Below are positions 20,606 to 29,837 of a stretch of DNA of 41,522 nt, piece by piece. Made by a program: the position numbers and the translations under genes. The stretch is from Cyanophyceae cyanobacterium (GTDB lineage: Bacteria; Cyanobacteriota; Cyanobacteriia; Cyanobacteriales; Laspinemataceae). Position 1 is the stretch's first letter. Each line of letters starts with the position of its first letter. The notes beneath the pieces were generated by a model. The model was not told the origin of the DNA, made no database searches, and was given only the letters and a program-made list of their open reading frames with translations. The stretch is taken from positions 1 through 41,522 of the forward strand of contig JBBQFN010000044.1 in the NCBI GenBank assembly GCA_038321985.1. The letters are read 5' to 3'.

Positions 20606-22450
20606 TTACGGCGGACCCACCTTAACAATTTTTCCATCGGGTTCGATCATCAAGGGAGTTTCTGGAAAATCGATTTTTGTTAAATTTTGCATTAAATTAA
20701 CTGTGCGATTTTGTTCATCGTATTTCGGGAGTCCTTGACTATCCAAATGAATCGGGATAATTTCACCCTTTATAAAATTACCTTCTAAATCAAGTTGGAC
20801 TTCTAAAATTAAAGAATACCCCAATTCTCCTACCGTTGATAGGCTGCGATATCCCATGAAATTTCCTAAGGAATAGGCAATTAATTTATCCTGATAAACC
20901 TCTAAAGCCCGGGGGACATGAGGACCATGGCCTAATACTAAATCAGCCCCCGCATCAATCATAGCCCGAGAAAATTCTACTATATTGCCTCGGTTTTCCC
21001 CAAAAAACGTTTCCGTGCGGTTTTTAACATGGAGAGCGCCGGTTCCTTCAGCGCCTCCATGAAACGAAATCACCACAAGAGTCGCATTTTCCCTCGCTTC
21101 CGCAACTAGAGCTTGTGCTGCCTCTAAATCATGGATTGAGTTATGATAAGAATAGGTACTAAACCCGATAAAGGCGATAGGGATATCATTCACGGTTGTA
21201 TAAGCAATTTCTCCTTTACGGCTGGTGGCTGTCATTCCAGCGGCTTCAATATTTTTGATGGTATCTTCAAAGCCTTGCTCCGTAAAATCCATCGAATGAT
21301 TATTCGCTACGCTTAAAATATTAAAACCTGCTTCTTTTAAAAGACGAGTATAAGCAGGAGGGGTTCGGAATGCAAAAACATTAGGACGGCTGACATTCTT
21401 TCCGGAATAAGGATGAGTAGTTAAGGTACTTTCAAAGTTGCCAAAAACTAAATCAGCTCCTTGTAAATAAGGCTTAACAGCCTGAAAAATAAGCTCCTCC
21501 TGTTGGGGGAGCTTATTAGAGGGGAAGTTTATGCCAGGAATAATATCACCAACGGCTTTAATCGTAATGGGTGTGTTGGGAATGGAGGATTCGACAAGTT
21601 GAGAGATCGCTTGAAAATTGCTGAGAATTTTATCAGCTTTTAAGGGTTGAAGGGAGCTGGAACTGGCTACAAAGGAGGGAAATGGCGGAGGCTGGGGTAG
21701 TTTTACCGTTGTTAGGGTTTTGGAAGCTGTAGATAAGAGCAGCCCTAAATTGAATTTGTCGCCGTTTCTAAACAAATCCCACCCTGTCCCTAGTACCAAA
21801 CTCATAATTCCTAGGGATGGTAATAAAATTTTGAGAGTGTTGAGAGTATTGCCAATTTTATGAGACGTTCCCGATTTGAATACTTTTTGGGGTGCTGGGT
21901 TGTCTGTCTCGACGATCGCTGGTGGCGGCATAACCGGATCACCTATTGGGCAATCGCCCTCAGTCATGGGGGCTGGAGTCTCGACAGTCTGGGAATAGCG
22001 ATTATCCCCGGGAGTCGCCGCTAGTGGCGCTACGGGAGTGACAGGGGCGATCGCAGGTTTACCCGGATCAACCCCCAAGCATTCGGGAGTAGCGACTGGT
22101 TTGGGCTCTAGTCCCTTCGCGGACTCGGACGGGGAAGAGAGGGGACTGATGGTTGCTTCGCCCAACTGAAAGGCTTCATCCCATGCCGGAACTTTTTGGC
22201 CGATTTGGCGGGCATAAACCCGGACCGAGTGAATGGAAGCAACATTCAGGCGTGTTAACCCATCCTCAATGTAGGCGATATAAGCTTGGCGATCAGGGAT
22301 GCGATCAGCTTCTAAGAGGATATGAAGCCGATTCTCGTTGCGAACCACCTGGGCCGTCATGTTTCTGATTCGTAATGCTTGGTTCAGCAAGACGGCGATC
22401 GCTGCTGGATCCCCTTGCTTGGCTAAAGTCACGATATTTTGCGTGTCCAC
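20606..22450 (-). CDS. CapA/PGA_cap family metallophosphatase with N-terminal cytoplasmic domain, Pro-rich linker and TM helix
   Basis: AVGDI, GNFES, ANNHSMD, SFHGG, GHGPHV, YSLGNF motifs. Likely GTG start at 22450 after GAGGAG (ORF track starts at 22555). Confidence 0.88.
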   Translation of the reverse strand: MDTQNIVTLAKQGDPAAIAVLLNQALRIRNMTAQVVRNENRLHILLEADRIPDRQAYIAYIEDGLTRLNVASIHSVRVYARQIGQKVPAWDEAFQLGEATISPLSSPSESAKGLEPKPVATPECLGVDPGKPAIAPVTPVAPLAATPGDNRYSQTVETPAPMTEGDCPIGDPVMPPPAIVETDNPAPQKVFKSGTSHKIGNTLNTLKILLPSLGIMSLVLGTGWDLFRNGDKFNLGLLLSTASKTLTTVKLPQPPPFPSFVASSSSLQPLKADKILSNFQAISQLVESSIPNTPITIKAVGDIIPGINFPSNKLPQQEELIFQAVKPYLQGADLVFGNFESTLTTHPYSGKNVSRPNVFAFRTPPAYTRLLKEAGFNILSVANNHSMDFTEQGFEDTIKNIEAAGMTATSRKGEIAYTTVNDIPIAFIGFSTYSYHNSIHDLEAAQALVAEARENATLVVISFHGGAEGTGALHVKNRTETFFGENRGNIVEFSRAMIDAGADLVLGHGPHVPRALEVYQDKLIAYSLGNFMGYRSLSTVGELGYSLILEVQLDLEGNFIKGEIIPIHLDSQGLPKYDEQNRTVNLMQNLTKIDFPETPLMIEPDGKIVKVGPP

Positions 22451-22688
22451 AATCTGTCTCCTCACACCAATAAATAGATTTTGCAATGAAAGGGGTAGCG
22501 GGTTGACAAGGTAAGCCCCCTCCCAGAGTTGCGACTGATGCCCTTCAAGCAACAACTCTCACTCTTCAAACCCCCTTCAGTCTCCCTTACTGTACTGATA
22601 CTCATTTATTACAGGAATATAGTCACTAGCAAGGTGATTTTAAGGGTATTTTTGAAGAAGTCTGCTAAGAAATAGAGAACCTATCTGC

Positions 22689-23798
22689 ATGACCTCTAGT
22701 TTGAACATCCCTCAAAATCGAAAGTCCCGTCGGGTATTAGTCACGGGCGGCGCTGGGTTTATTGGCGCTAACTTTGTCCATTACTGGTGTCGGCGCTATC
22801 CAGGCGATCGCCTAGTGGTCCTAGATGCCCTCACCTACGCCGGTAATCCCCAAAATTTAGCAAGTCTGGAAGGTAATGAGAACTATCGGTTTGTTCAGGG
22901 GAATATTTGCGATCGCCCTTTAGTCGAAACCCTACTTTCAGAAGAGGCGATCGATACCGTCGCCCACTTCGCCGCCGAGTCCCATGTAGACCGCTCAATT
23001 TTAGGGCCTGCGGCATTTATTCAAACCAACGTAGTGGGTAGTTTCACCCTGTTGGATGCTTTTCGGACCTACTGGCAAACTTTGCCAGTCCCCAATTCCG
23101 GAGAACGGGGACCCATTTTCCTCCATGTCTCCACAGATGAAGTTTACGGAAGTCTGGGTCCGGAGGACCCAGGATTCTGCGAAACAACGCCTTATGCACC
23201 CAATAGTCCTTATTCTGCTTCCAAGGCGGGTAGCGACCACTTAGCTCGGGCGTACTATCACACCTACGGTATGCCCACCTTGATCACGAACTGCTCAAAT
23301 AATTACGGCCCTTACCATTTCCCTGAGAAGCTGATTCCTCTGATGTGCATCAATATGATGCTCGGTAAACCTTTACCTATCTATGGTGATGGGCAAAATA
23401 TTCGGGATTGGCTCTATGTGGAGGACCACTGCCGGGGTTTAGATGTGGTGATTCACCAGGGAACTCCAGGAGAGACTTATAATATTGGCGGGAATAATGA
23501 AGTCAAGAATATTGACTTGGTAAAAATGTTATGTCAGTTGATGGATGAGTTAGCTCCCGATTTGCCGGTGCGCCCTTGCGAAAAATTAATGAGCTTTGTC
23601 AAGGATAGACCGGGCCATGACCGCCGCTATGCGATCGATGCTACGAAAATTCAGACTCAGTTAGGGTGGACCCCTACGGTTACCGTGGAAGAGGGACTGC
23701 GGCAAACAGTCCAATGGTATTTGACTCATCAAGAGTGGTGGCGTCCTCTACTCTCTGGGGAGTACCAGGACTATTATCGCCAGGTTTATGCAAATTAA
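22689..23798 (+). CDS. rfbB: dTDP-glucose 4,6-dehydratase
   Basis: TGGAGFIG, HFAAESHVDRSI, STDEVYG, PYSASKA, DRPGHDRRYA. Confidence 0.96.
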   Translation: MTSSLNIPQNRKSRRVLVTGGAGFIGANFVHYWCRRYPGDRLVVLDALTYAGNPQNLASLEGNENYRFVQGNICDRPLVETLLSEEAIDTVAHFAAESHVDRSILGPAAFIQTNVVGSFTLLDAFRTYWQTLPVPNSGERGPIFLHVSTDEVYGSLGPEDPGFCETTPYAPNSPYSASKAGSDHLARAYYHTYGMPTLITNCSNNYGPYHFPEKLIPLMCINMMLGKPLPIYGDGQNIRDWLYVEDHCRGLDVVIHQGTPGETYNIGGNNEVKNIDLVKMLCQLMDELAPDLPVRPCEKLMSFVKDRPGHDRRYAIDATKIQTQLGWTPTVTVEEGLRQTVQWYLTHQEWWRPLLSGEYQDYYRQVYAN

Positions 23799-23949
23799 GG
23801 CACAGAAGAGGCGATCGGCTTTGGGCTTTGCTGGAGGGGCGATCGCCCGCCTATAAGTCCGGTAATTTTTTTGAACTTTTTCGCCACAGGGCGACCGGAT
23901 ATCATTATTAAAATAACTTGGGTTGTAAAAATCGGAATATATCCTTATC

Positions 23950-23975
23950 AAATCTCCGTACTTTTACGGAGATTT
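23950..23975. promoter_or_regulatory. Perfect 11-bp inverted repeat upstream of the PEP-CTERM gene (operator or rfbB terminator)
   Basis: AAATCTCCGTA-CTTT-TACGGAGATTT. Confidence 0.5.
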
Positions 23976-24376
23976 TCCCTCCTCTTATTGAGCAATAAGC
24001 GACCCCCTAAATGCACGAGCTAATCTTGCGATCGAGATCACCCTTAACCCTCCTGTGCGATCGCAGCTTTTATCTCTGGACGCCCGTATATTAAATACAC
24101 AGGGGAAGTCCATAAAACTTACAATTTCTAGGGCCAAAGGTTATTATGAAGATTCAATGAAGCCTCTGGACTATGAGCAGAAAGTAGGTCATTATAGGAA
24201 CAGATATAGCAATCATAATTCACTTTTAACAGTAACTCAGTCGTTTGGAAAGTTTTGACCCTACCCTTTTCGGGGAAACGGGAACCCACCCAAGCTCTTT
24301 CAAACTAACTCGATTGCTATCTAAAATCTCAGTCTCAATCATCAAAAACAAACCCTAACACAAAGGAGTGCATAAA

Positions 24377-25072
24377 ATGAAAAAAACATTATTGGTCAGC
24401 ATTACAGCAGCAACAGCAACCGCAACAGCAATGTTAGGACTTGCCGGTCCAGCCCATGCCTTTACCTTCGGTACTAACGGTATTAGCTTTGACACAAACC
24501 AAGAAGTAAAGTTTAATTTTAGTAGTTCCAACGGGGCTTTCCAGTCTACCCTGAAAATTTTTGAAGTTCTCTCTAGTGGAGCCGTGCAATCGGCAAATAA
24601 TGGCCTGCTGTTTGAAGAAGTGAAAGCTTCTGACAATGGATCGAAAAAGGGCTACGAAGCTACCTTAGGTAATGCCGTTCAAATGGTAAACGATACCTTT
24701 ACATTCTTAGCCGGTAAAGTTTACGCCTTGGGACTGGCTAGCACTTATAACGGGCAAGATGCTGGAATTGTCTACACCACCTCTAGCCTGAACCGTAGCG
24801 GCTTACAACGATCCCTGTTCGGATCTACGGGTGGAGAAGAAGCCAAAGCCTTCGCCGGAGCCAGTTCCTTCCAGATTGGCAATCCCTTTGCTGGTCCGGT
24901 AGCAATTGCCTTTGAGGATGTCAAGTGGGCAGCTGCTGATGGAGACTTCAATGACTTTGTTGTGACCGCAGAAGCAGTTCCTGAACCCTTGACCATGGGT
25001 GGACTAGCCTTGGGTGCTGCCGGTCTTGCGGCCGCTCGTCGCTCTCGCAAACGCAGCACCACGGAAGCTTAA
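24377..25072 (+). CDS. PEP-CTERM sorting-domain surface protein (DUF4114-like C-terminal domain)
   Basis: Signal peptide ending PAHA; AFED...DGDFNDFVV; C-terminal VPEP + hydrophobic helix + RRSRKR; RBS AAGGAG upstream. Confidence 0.93.
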   Translation: MKKTLLVSITAATATATAMLGLAGPAHAFTFGTNGISFDTNQEVKFNFSSSNGAFQSTLKIFEVLSSGAVQSANNGLLFEEVKASDNGSKKGYEATLGNAVQMVNDTFTFLAGKVYALGLASTYNGQDAGIVYTTSSLNRSGLQRSLFGSTGGEEAKAFAGASSFQIGNPFAGPVAIAFEDVKWAAADGDFNDFVVTAEAVPEPLTMGGLALGAAGLAAARRSRKRSTTEA

Positions 25073-25127
25073 GTCAGTGATGAGAGAACAGGGTTCTCCA
25101 AATGAGCGCTCAATTTAGTAGAATAGG

Positions 25128-25155
25128 GCAGTTGGCAGAAGTGCCAACTGCTTTT
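25128..25155 (+). terminator. Intrinsic terminator after the PEP-CTERM gene
   Basis: GCAGTTGGCA-GAAG-TGCCAACTGC followed by TTTT. Confidence 0.75.
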
Positions 25156-25272
25156 GCTTAACGGCGATCGCTATCATCGGTCATTACAGCACTGTCTCGC
25201 ACAGCGATCGCCTACCCAATTATGGGGTAGCAGTAGGCATCCATTCTATTCACAATTGGTGGTGAATTCCAA

Positions 25273-26109
25273 ATGTCTTTTGTACAAGAAGCCTTACAAG
25301 AACCTAAATATTGGTTACTGGGAATTGCAGCCGGATTAATGACAATCAACGTCACCTTGATGTGGAGATATGCTCCAGTAGACGTAGTGGGAACAAGTCT
25401 TTTATTCTGGGGGGGGGCAGCATTTTTAATCTGGGAAAGATATAAATCTTTTAATCTCCAAAGTGATCCCCTTTCTAGCGTCGTAGGTGCCTTAATTATC
25501 GCCCTAGTCCTTCTTAAAAGTGCCACTTTAAATAACTATGATATTTTTCTTCGCCTCTCTCCGTTGATGTCAGGACTAGGGATAGCCCTGTTAGCTTCCG
25601 GTCTTAAAGGACTTAAGCAATACTGGCAGGAACTATTTATTTTAGGTTTTATGTCAATTTCAACGGGATTGCTACTCCGAATTTTTAATATTTCTCCCCT
25701 AACGGCTAAATTTTCGGCAATTCTTTTATGGTATTTAGGATTTCCGGTGACTCGTGAAGGAATCTATATTAACCTTCCTACGGGAAGCATAGAAGTTTAC
25801 TCCGGCTGTTCGGGTTATAGTGCAATCCTCCAATTATTGGGATTATCTGTACTCTTTCTATTTATGTTTCCGACTACCTGGAAACAGAAAATATATATTC
25901 CCTTAGCTTCGATGGTGCTAGGTTTTATTGTCAATGGGGTCCGGGTGGCTCTCATGGCTTTTTTAGTGGCTTATTCCGATAAACAATCTTTTGAATATTG
26001 GCATTATGGAGATGGATCGCTGATTTTTTCAATGTTTGGCGTCCTTCTTTTAGGGTTATTTTGCTGGTTCTTTATCCTGAGACATGAGCCAGAAAAACAC
26101 TCAACTTGA
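25273..26109 (+). CDS. crtA: Cyanoexosortase A
   Basis: Multi-TM protein with exosortase triad: VYSGCSG (Cys), NGVRV (Arg), YWHYGDG (His); directly follows a PEP-CTERM gene. Confidence 0.9.
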   Translation: MSFVQEALQEPKYWLLGIAAGLMTINVTLMWRYAPVDVVGTSLLFWGGAAFLIWERYKSFNLQSDPLSSVVGALIIALVLLKSATLNNYDIFLRLSPLMSGLGIALLASGLKGLKQYWQELFILGFMSISTGLLLRIFNISPLTAKFSAILLWYLGFPVTREGIYINLPTGSIEVYSGCSGYSAILQLLGLSVLFLFMFPTTWKQKIYIPLASMVLGFIVNGVRVALMAFLVAYSDKQSFEYWHYGDGSLIFSMFGVLLLGLFCWFFILRHEPEKHST

Positions 26110-26792
26110 TAACTGAACTAATGGACAAAATATCCTGGAAACCCCTCCGAGTTTTCTTATTAATTGCGATTTTCGGAAGCGTCCTCACGGTTGTCGGAAA
26201 ATCCTTGCTCTTTTCAAGCGCTCCCTTTCAGGCTACGTCAACTAATTTTACCTTTCCAGCGAGTGTTCCCTTGCCTGAGTGGCAACAACTTCAAAGCACT
26301 CCAATCGAAAATAACCCTACATCAAATCTCCTCTTTGCTAGACGATATCAATATCAGCAAAATAGCTTACCCCTTGATATTGAGATGCGCTATATCATCA
26401 AAACAAATGGTGATATAAAACAAATGATGGAGAAGCACCTCAATTCTGAAACCTCCCCTGCTAAACTTACAATAAATCATAAAGAGGGTATAGGGTTCTA
26501 CAGTCTGGCTGCTACTCCAGAGCGAGCCTACCTCAGTTCCTGTATAAACCCTCGTGGCGGCAGTACCGTCACTGCCGAACAGTTCCGGGATAACCGTAAT
26601 ACTTATGATTTGCAGGTTTCTCGATTGCTGCCTTGGTTGTTAGGTCAACAAGAACTGCGAGACTTCCGCTGCGTTTCAACAATTCTCTCTATTCCTTTAC
26701 AGGGTACTTCTACTGCTCAAGCCTATCCAATCTTGGAAAATACTTGGGTTTCTTGGTATGCTTGGTGGCAACCACGCTTTCCTAAGCCTTAA
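26106..26792 (+). CDS. Cyanoexosortase A system-associated protein
   Basis: N-terminal TM, FPASVPLPEW, AYLSSCINPRGGSTVT, C-terminal WWQPRFP; overlaps the crtA stop (alternative ATG 26121). Confidence 0.82.
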   Translation: MITELMDKISWKPLRVFLLIAIFGSVLTVVGKSLLFSSAPFQATSTNFTFPASVPLPEWQQLQSTPIENNPTSNLLFARRYQYQQNSLPLDIEMRYIIKTNGDIKQMMEKHLNSETSPAKLTINHKEGIGFYSLAATPERAYLSSCINPRGGSTVTAEQFRDNRNTYDLQVSRLLPWLLGQQELRDFRCVSTILSIPLQGTSTAQAYPILENTWVSWYAWWQPRFPKP

Positions 26793-26830
26793 TTTGTTTT
26801 AACCCTCTTGTCAACAGGGATGCAAAATTT

Positions 26831-27553
26831 ATGACTAAATCTGAAGGTTTCGATTTAACTCGCTCAGTGGATGAACTATTGAGGTTTAGTGCTGATCAAT
26901 TGCGCTCGATTGGTCGCGTCCGCATGATAGGCTATGGCTTGTTAATACTAGCCTTATTTGATATAATCCAGCTTTTTATCGGCCCTAATTTCATGAATCC
27001 GGGCTGGGAATTACAAACGATGGGAGCATTAATTGAGCGCGTTCCAGTTCCGTTATTGGGCCTAGCCCTCGTTTTTTTTGGCGAGGACTATAACCGCAGC
27101 GGATTAGAAGAGGTTTTTTTAAAATTGCTTTCTTGGTTAACCCTGCTGCTTGCGGTGCTATCTTTGTTGCTGATTCCCCTAGGGATTAACAATACTTTGC
27201 GCATCAATACCAGTAGCACTCAGCAAATTAACGCGCAGGCTCAACAAGAGTTGTCTCTATTACAACAAATTGAAGAGCAAGTCCAAACGGGCACACCGGA
27301 ACAACTGCAAACTTTAGCTCTCGAACTAAATCGATTGGGTTTGCCCGTTGATGGACAAAATACGGACCAACTTAGAGGGGACATTCTAACCAATATTCCG
27401 AGAGCGAAAGAACAAGTACAGGTTCAATTACAACAACAGGTCAAAAATCAGCGAGAGAGTTTACTCAAAAATTCGGTGAAGTGGAATTTAGGGGCATTGG
27501 TTGCTAGCGTTTTATTCTTTATGATTTGGCGGGGAACGGGTTGGGCCCGCTAA
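26831..27553 (+). CDS. HpsJ-like membrane protein (cyanoexosortase-associated)
   Basis: GYGLL, NPGWELQTMGALIERVPVPLLGL, Gln-rich coiled region, KNSVKWNLGAL. Confidence 0.8.
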   Translation: MTKSEGFDLTRSVDELLRFSADQLRSIGRVRMIGYGLLILALFDIIQLFIGPNFMNPGWELQTMGALIERVPVPLLGLALVFFGEDYNRSGLEEVFLKLLSWLTLLLAVLSLLLIPLGINNTLRINTSSTQQINAQAQQELSLLQQIEEQVQTGTPEQLQTLALELNRLGLPVDGQNTDQLRGDILTNIPRAKEQVQVQLQQQVKNQRESLLKNSVKWNLGALVASVLFFMIWRGTGWAR

Positions 27554-27576
27554 ACTTAAACCGAGGAACTAGGGTG

Positions 27577-27609
27577 AAGGGACTGGATAACAAAAGTTTC
27601 CAGTCCCTT
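27577..27609. terminator. Terminator between convergent genes
   Basis: AAGGGACTGGA-N11-TCCAGTCCCTT followed by T-rich sequence. Confidence 0.7.
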
Positions 27610-27621
27610 TTGCAATTTTTG

Positions 27622-28140
27622 CTATAACCCTAGGCCCGGGGGGGGCCAAGTAGTGGCTACAAAGACTATGACAGCGGCTAAGGCGAGCATTCCCTGAATC
27701 AGATTGCCGATCAGAGAACTAACCACTACGGCAATCCCGGCTTGAACGGCAATTTTGATATCCCGTCGGTAGAGGTATTCTCCGATGATGGCTCCTAAGA
27801 GGGGACCAATAAGAATGCCAACTAAAGGTCCGCCAATCGGTAACGCGGGGAGTAGCCCTAAAAAGCCTAATATAAAGCCGACGATCGCCCCGATTTGCCC
27901 CCACTTGCTCGCACCGGCTCGTTTAGCCCCAAAATAGGTGGCTAATAAGTCGATGCTAACACTCAGCAGTAAAACCGCGATCGCCACCCCTAGCGCCCAA
28001 CCTACGGTATTAACACCCTGAACGATCGCCCAGATGATGATCGACCCCAAAATTAAGCTCGATCCGGGAACCCCCGGAACGACAGCGCCGATGACGCCCA
28101 AAATCATTACGGCAACGAGTACCCAATACAAAATTGTCAT
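27622..28140 (-). CDS. DUF456 family membrane protein
   Basis: GAVVPGVPG, GAKRAGASKWG, GPLLGAIIGE. Confidence 0.85.
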   Translation of the reverse strand: MTILYWVLVAVMILGVIGAVVPGVPGSSLILGSIIIWAIVQGVNTVGWALGVAIAVLLLSVSIDLLATYFGAKRAGASKWGQIGAIVGFILGFLGLLPALPIGGPLVGILIGPLLGAIIGEYLYRRDIKIAVQAGIAVVVSSLIGNLIQGMLALAAVIVFVATTWPPPGLGL

Positions 28141-28188
28141 AAGCTCTTAAATCTCTGCGGGTGCAAGGCTATTTTGAACGGTAATTCT

Positions 28189-28848
28189 CTAGTCCTTCTC
28201 TAAATAATGACTTAAATTCTCGGCTATTTTGTCGGCAACCCCCGCAATCCAACGTTCATCCTGTTTTGTGTAACTACGCGGAGCATTAGCCCCCAAAATC
28301 ATCACCCCGCGATCGCCCAGGGGTTGACAAATTACCCCTTGGGTATTCTCGGGTAAATAATTAAACTCAATCCCTCCGGGATACAACTTGAGGGCCACCA
28401 AATAAACTGGCTTCTGCTGCTCGATCGCTCGCTGGACGATCGCCCCCGGTTTGAGTTCCGTTTTCGGTCCTAAAATTCCTCGGCGTAGTAGCACTCGTCC
28501 GTCATACCACACCACCAGCGATCGCGTTACCGTATTCGTCAGCAACATCAGGGATGCCCATGCCAGTTCAGTTTTGATTCGTTCGGGCAAATCCGGTAAG
28601 AGTTCAAAACCCTCTTCCCCTATCAAATCCACCGATTCAGGCGATCTCGGTTGGACCTGTTGCCAAAGTAAACCCGTCAAAATTAACAACGCACTTAAAA
28701 TTACTCCCAAGGCATCGGATCGCGCCTGGGACTCCGTAATTTCAACGGTTAAAAAACGGTTTGCCACAAAAAGCACCCCGCCCAGTCCACCGGCAACAAT
28801 TGGCAAGCGCCGCAATACTACATTTCCATCCGGTTTCGCCATATTCAA
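28189..28848 (-). CDS. Cofactor assembly of complex C subunit B (CCB2/CCB4 family)
   Basis: ANR...SQARSD, ELAWAS, LLRRGILG, LPENTQGVICQP; located behind rpaB. Confidence 0.8.
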   Translation of the reverse strand: MNMAKPDGNVVLRRLPIVAGGLGGVLFVANRFLTVEITESQARSDALGVILSALLILTGLLWQQVQPRSPESVDLIGEEGFELLPDLPERIKTELAWASLMLLTNTVTRSLVVWYDGRVLLRRGILGPKTELKPGAIVQRAIEQQKPVYLVALKLYPGGIEFNYLPENTQGVICQPLGDRGVMILGANAPRSYTKQDERWIAGVADKIAENLSHYLEKD

Positions 28849-28889
28849 AGAATCATCCCTTCACCCAGCCAGACCAGAGCCCAAAAAAT

Positions 28890-28939
28890 AATTTAGAATT
28901 GAGAATGATAGTCTCAATTCTAAATTCTCAATCCTCAAC
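28890..28939. repeat. 15-bp hairpin built from heptameric STRR-like units
   Basis: AATTTAGAATTGAGA-ATGATAG-TCTCAATTCTAAATT; the right side reads TCTCAAT-TCTAAAT-TCTCAAT-CCTCAAC. Confidence 0.7.
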
Positions 28940-28942
28940 AGC

Positions 28943-29680
28943 TTAGGCTTCCTCTGCCTCAATAATTCGTTGGAACAGATATCCTGTTCCCCTTGCCGTC
29001 AGAATCAGCTCAGGATTGCTCGGATCGTCTTCTAGCTTGGCTCTTAGACGAGAAATATGTACATCCACCACCCGAGTATCCACATGGCGTTCAGGCGTGT
29101 ATCCCCAGACCTCTTGCAAAATTTCCGACCGAGAAAACGGGTCCCCGGACTTGCTAACTAACAGTTCCAACAAGCTAAACTCCATGCCAGTCAGACGAAT
29201 CCGCTCGTCTCCCTTATAAACCTGGCGCTTATTCGTGTCAATTCTGATATTCGCCACATGAATGACGCCCGAGCTGGGAATGCCGGAAGCACCCGTTTTC
29301 TCAACTCGCCGCAATACCGAACGGATCCGGGCTTCAAGTTCCTTGGGTGAAAACGGCTTGACCACATAATCATCGGCTCCCAGCTCCAATCCGGTGATGC
29401 GATCGGCCACATCTCCAAGGGCTGTTAGCATGATGATAGGGACGTCAGATTCCTTTCTCAACTCTTGACAGACGCCGTAACCATCTAGCTTGGGCATCAT
29501 CACATCCAGTACCACTAGGTCTGGATTCTCCGTCCGAAAGGTTTCTAGTGCTTCTTCCCCGTCTGCCGCTGTGACTACATCGTAGCCAATCATGGAAAGG
29601 CGTGTTTCCAGAATTCGACGAATACTAGCTTCGTCATCGACTACGAGTATTTTTTCCTTATGGTTTTCCAAGATACTCAA
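28943..29680 (-). CDS. rpaB: OmpR-family response regulator RpaB (Ycf27)
   Basis: EKILVVDDEASIRRILETRLSMIGY, WGYTPERHVDTRVVDVHISRLR, ILTARGTGY; TTG start at 29680 or 29671. Confidence 0.96.
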   Translation of the reverse strand: MSILENHKEKILVVDDEASIRRILETRLSMIGYDVVTAADGEEALETFRTENPDLVVLDVMMPKLDGYGVCQELRKESDVPIIMLTALGDVADRITGLELGADDYVVKPFSPKELEARIRSVLRRVEKTGASGIPSSGVIHVANIRIDTNKRQVYKGDERIRLTGMEFSLLELLVSKSGDPFSRSEILQEVWGYTPERHVDTRVVDVHISRLRAKLEDDPSNPELILTARGTGYLFQRIIEAEEA

Positions 29681-29837
29681 GGCTCCTTAAGCGTCTTATC
29701 TAATCTTTAATTTTTAATACTGTACCATTTGGATTGCCTTGCTTTCAGCCTTTGTGAGTCTATCTAACAGCGCATGGCTCATTCATCAAGCGCATTTTTT
29801 GCCTCCATTCATTACTCAGGGTCAATATCAATAACGA

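Noticed and set aside
28451..28891. 146-aa antisense ORF over the ccb gene (likewise 35773-36198, 24772-25062 and other shadow ORFs)
   Set aside because: Antisense shadows of well-supported genes with no independent motifs.
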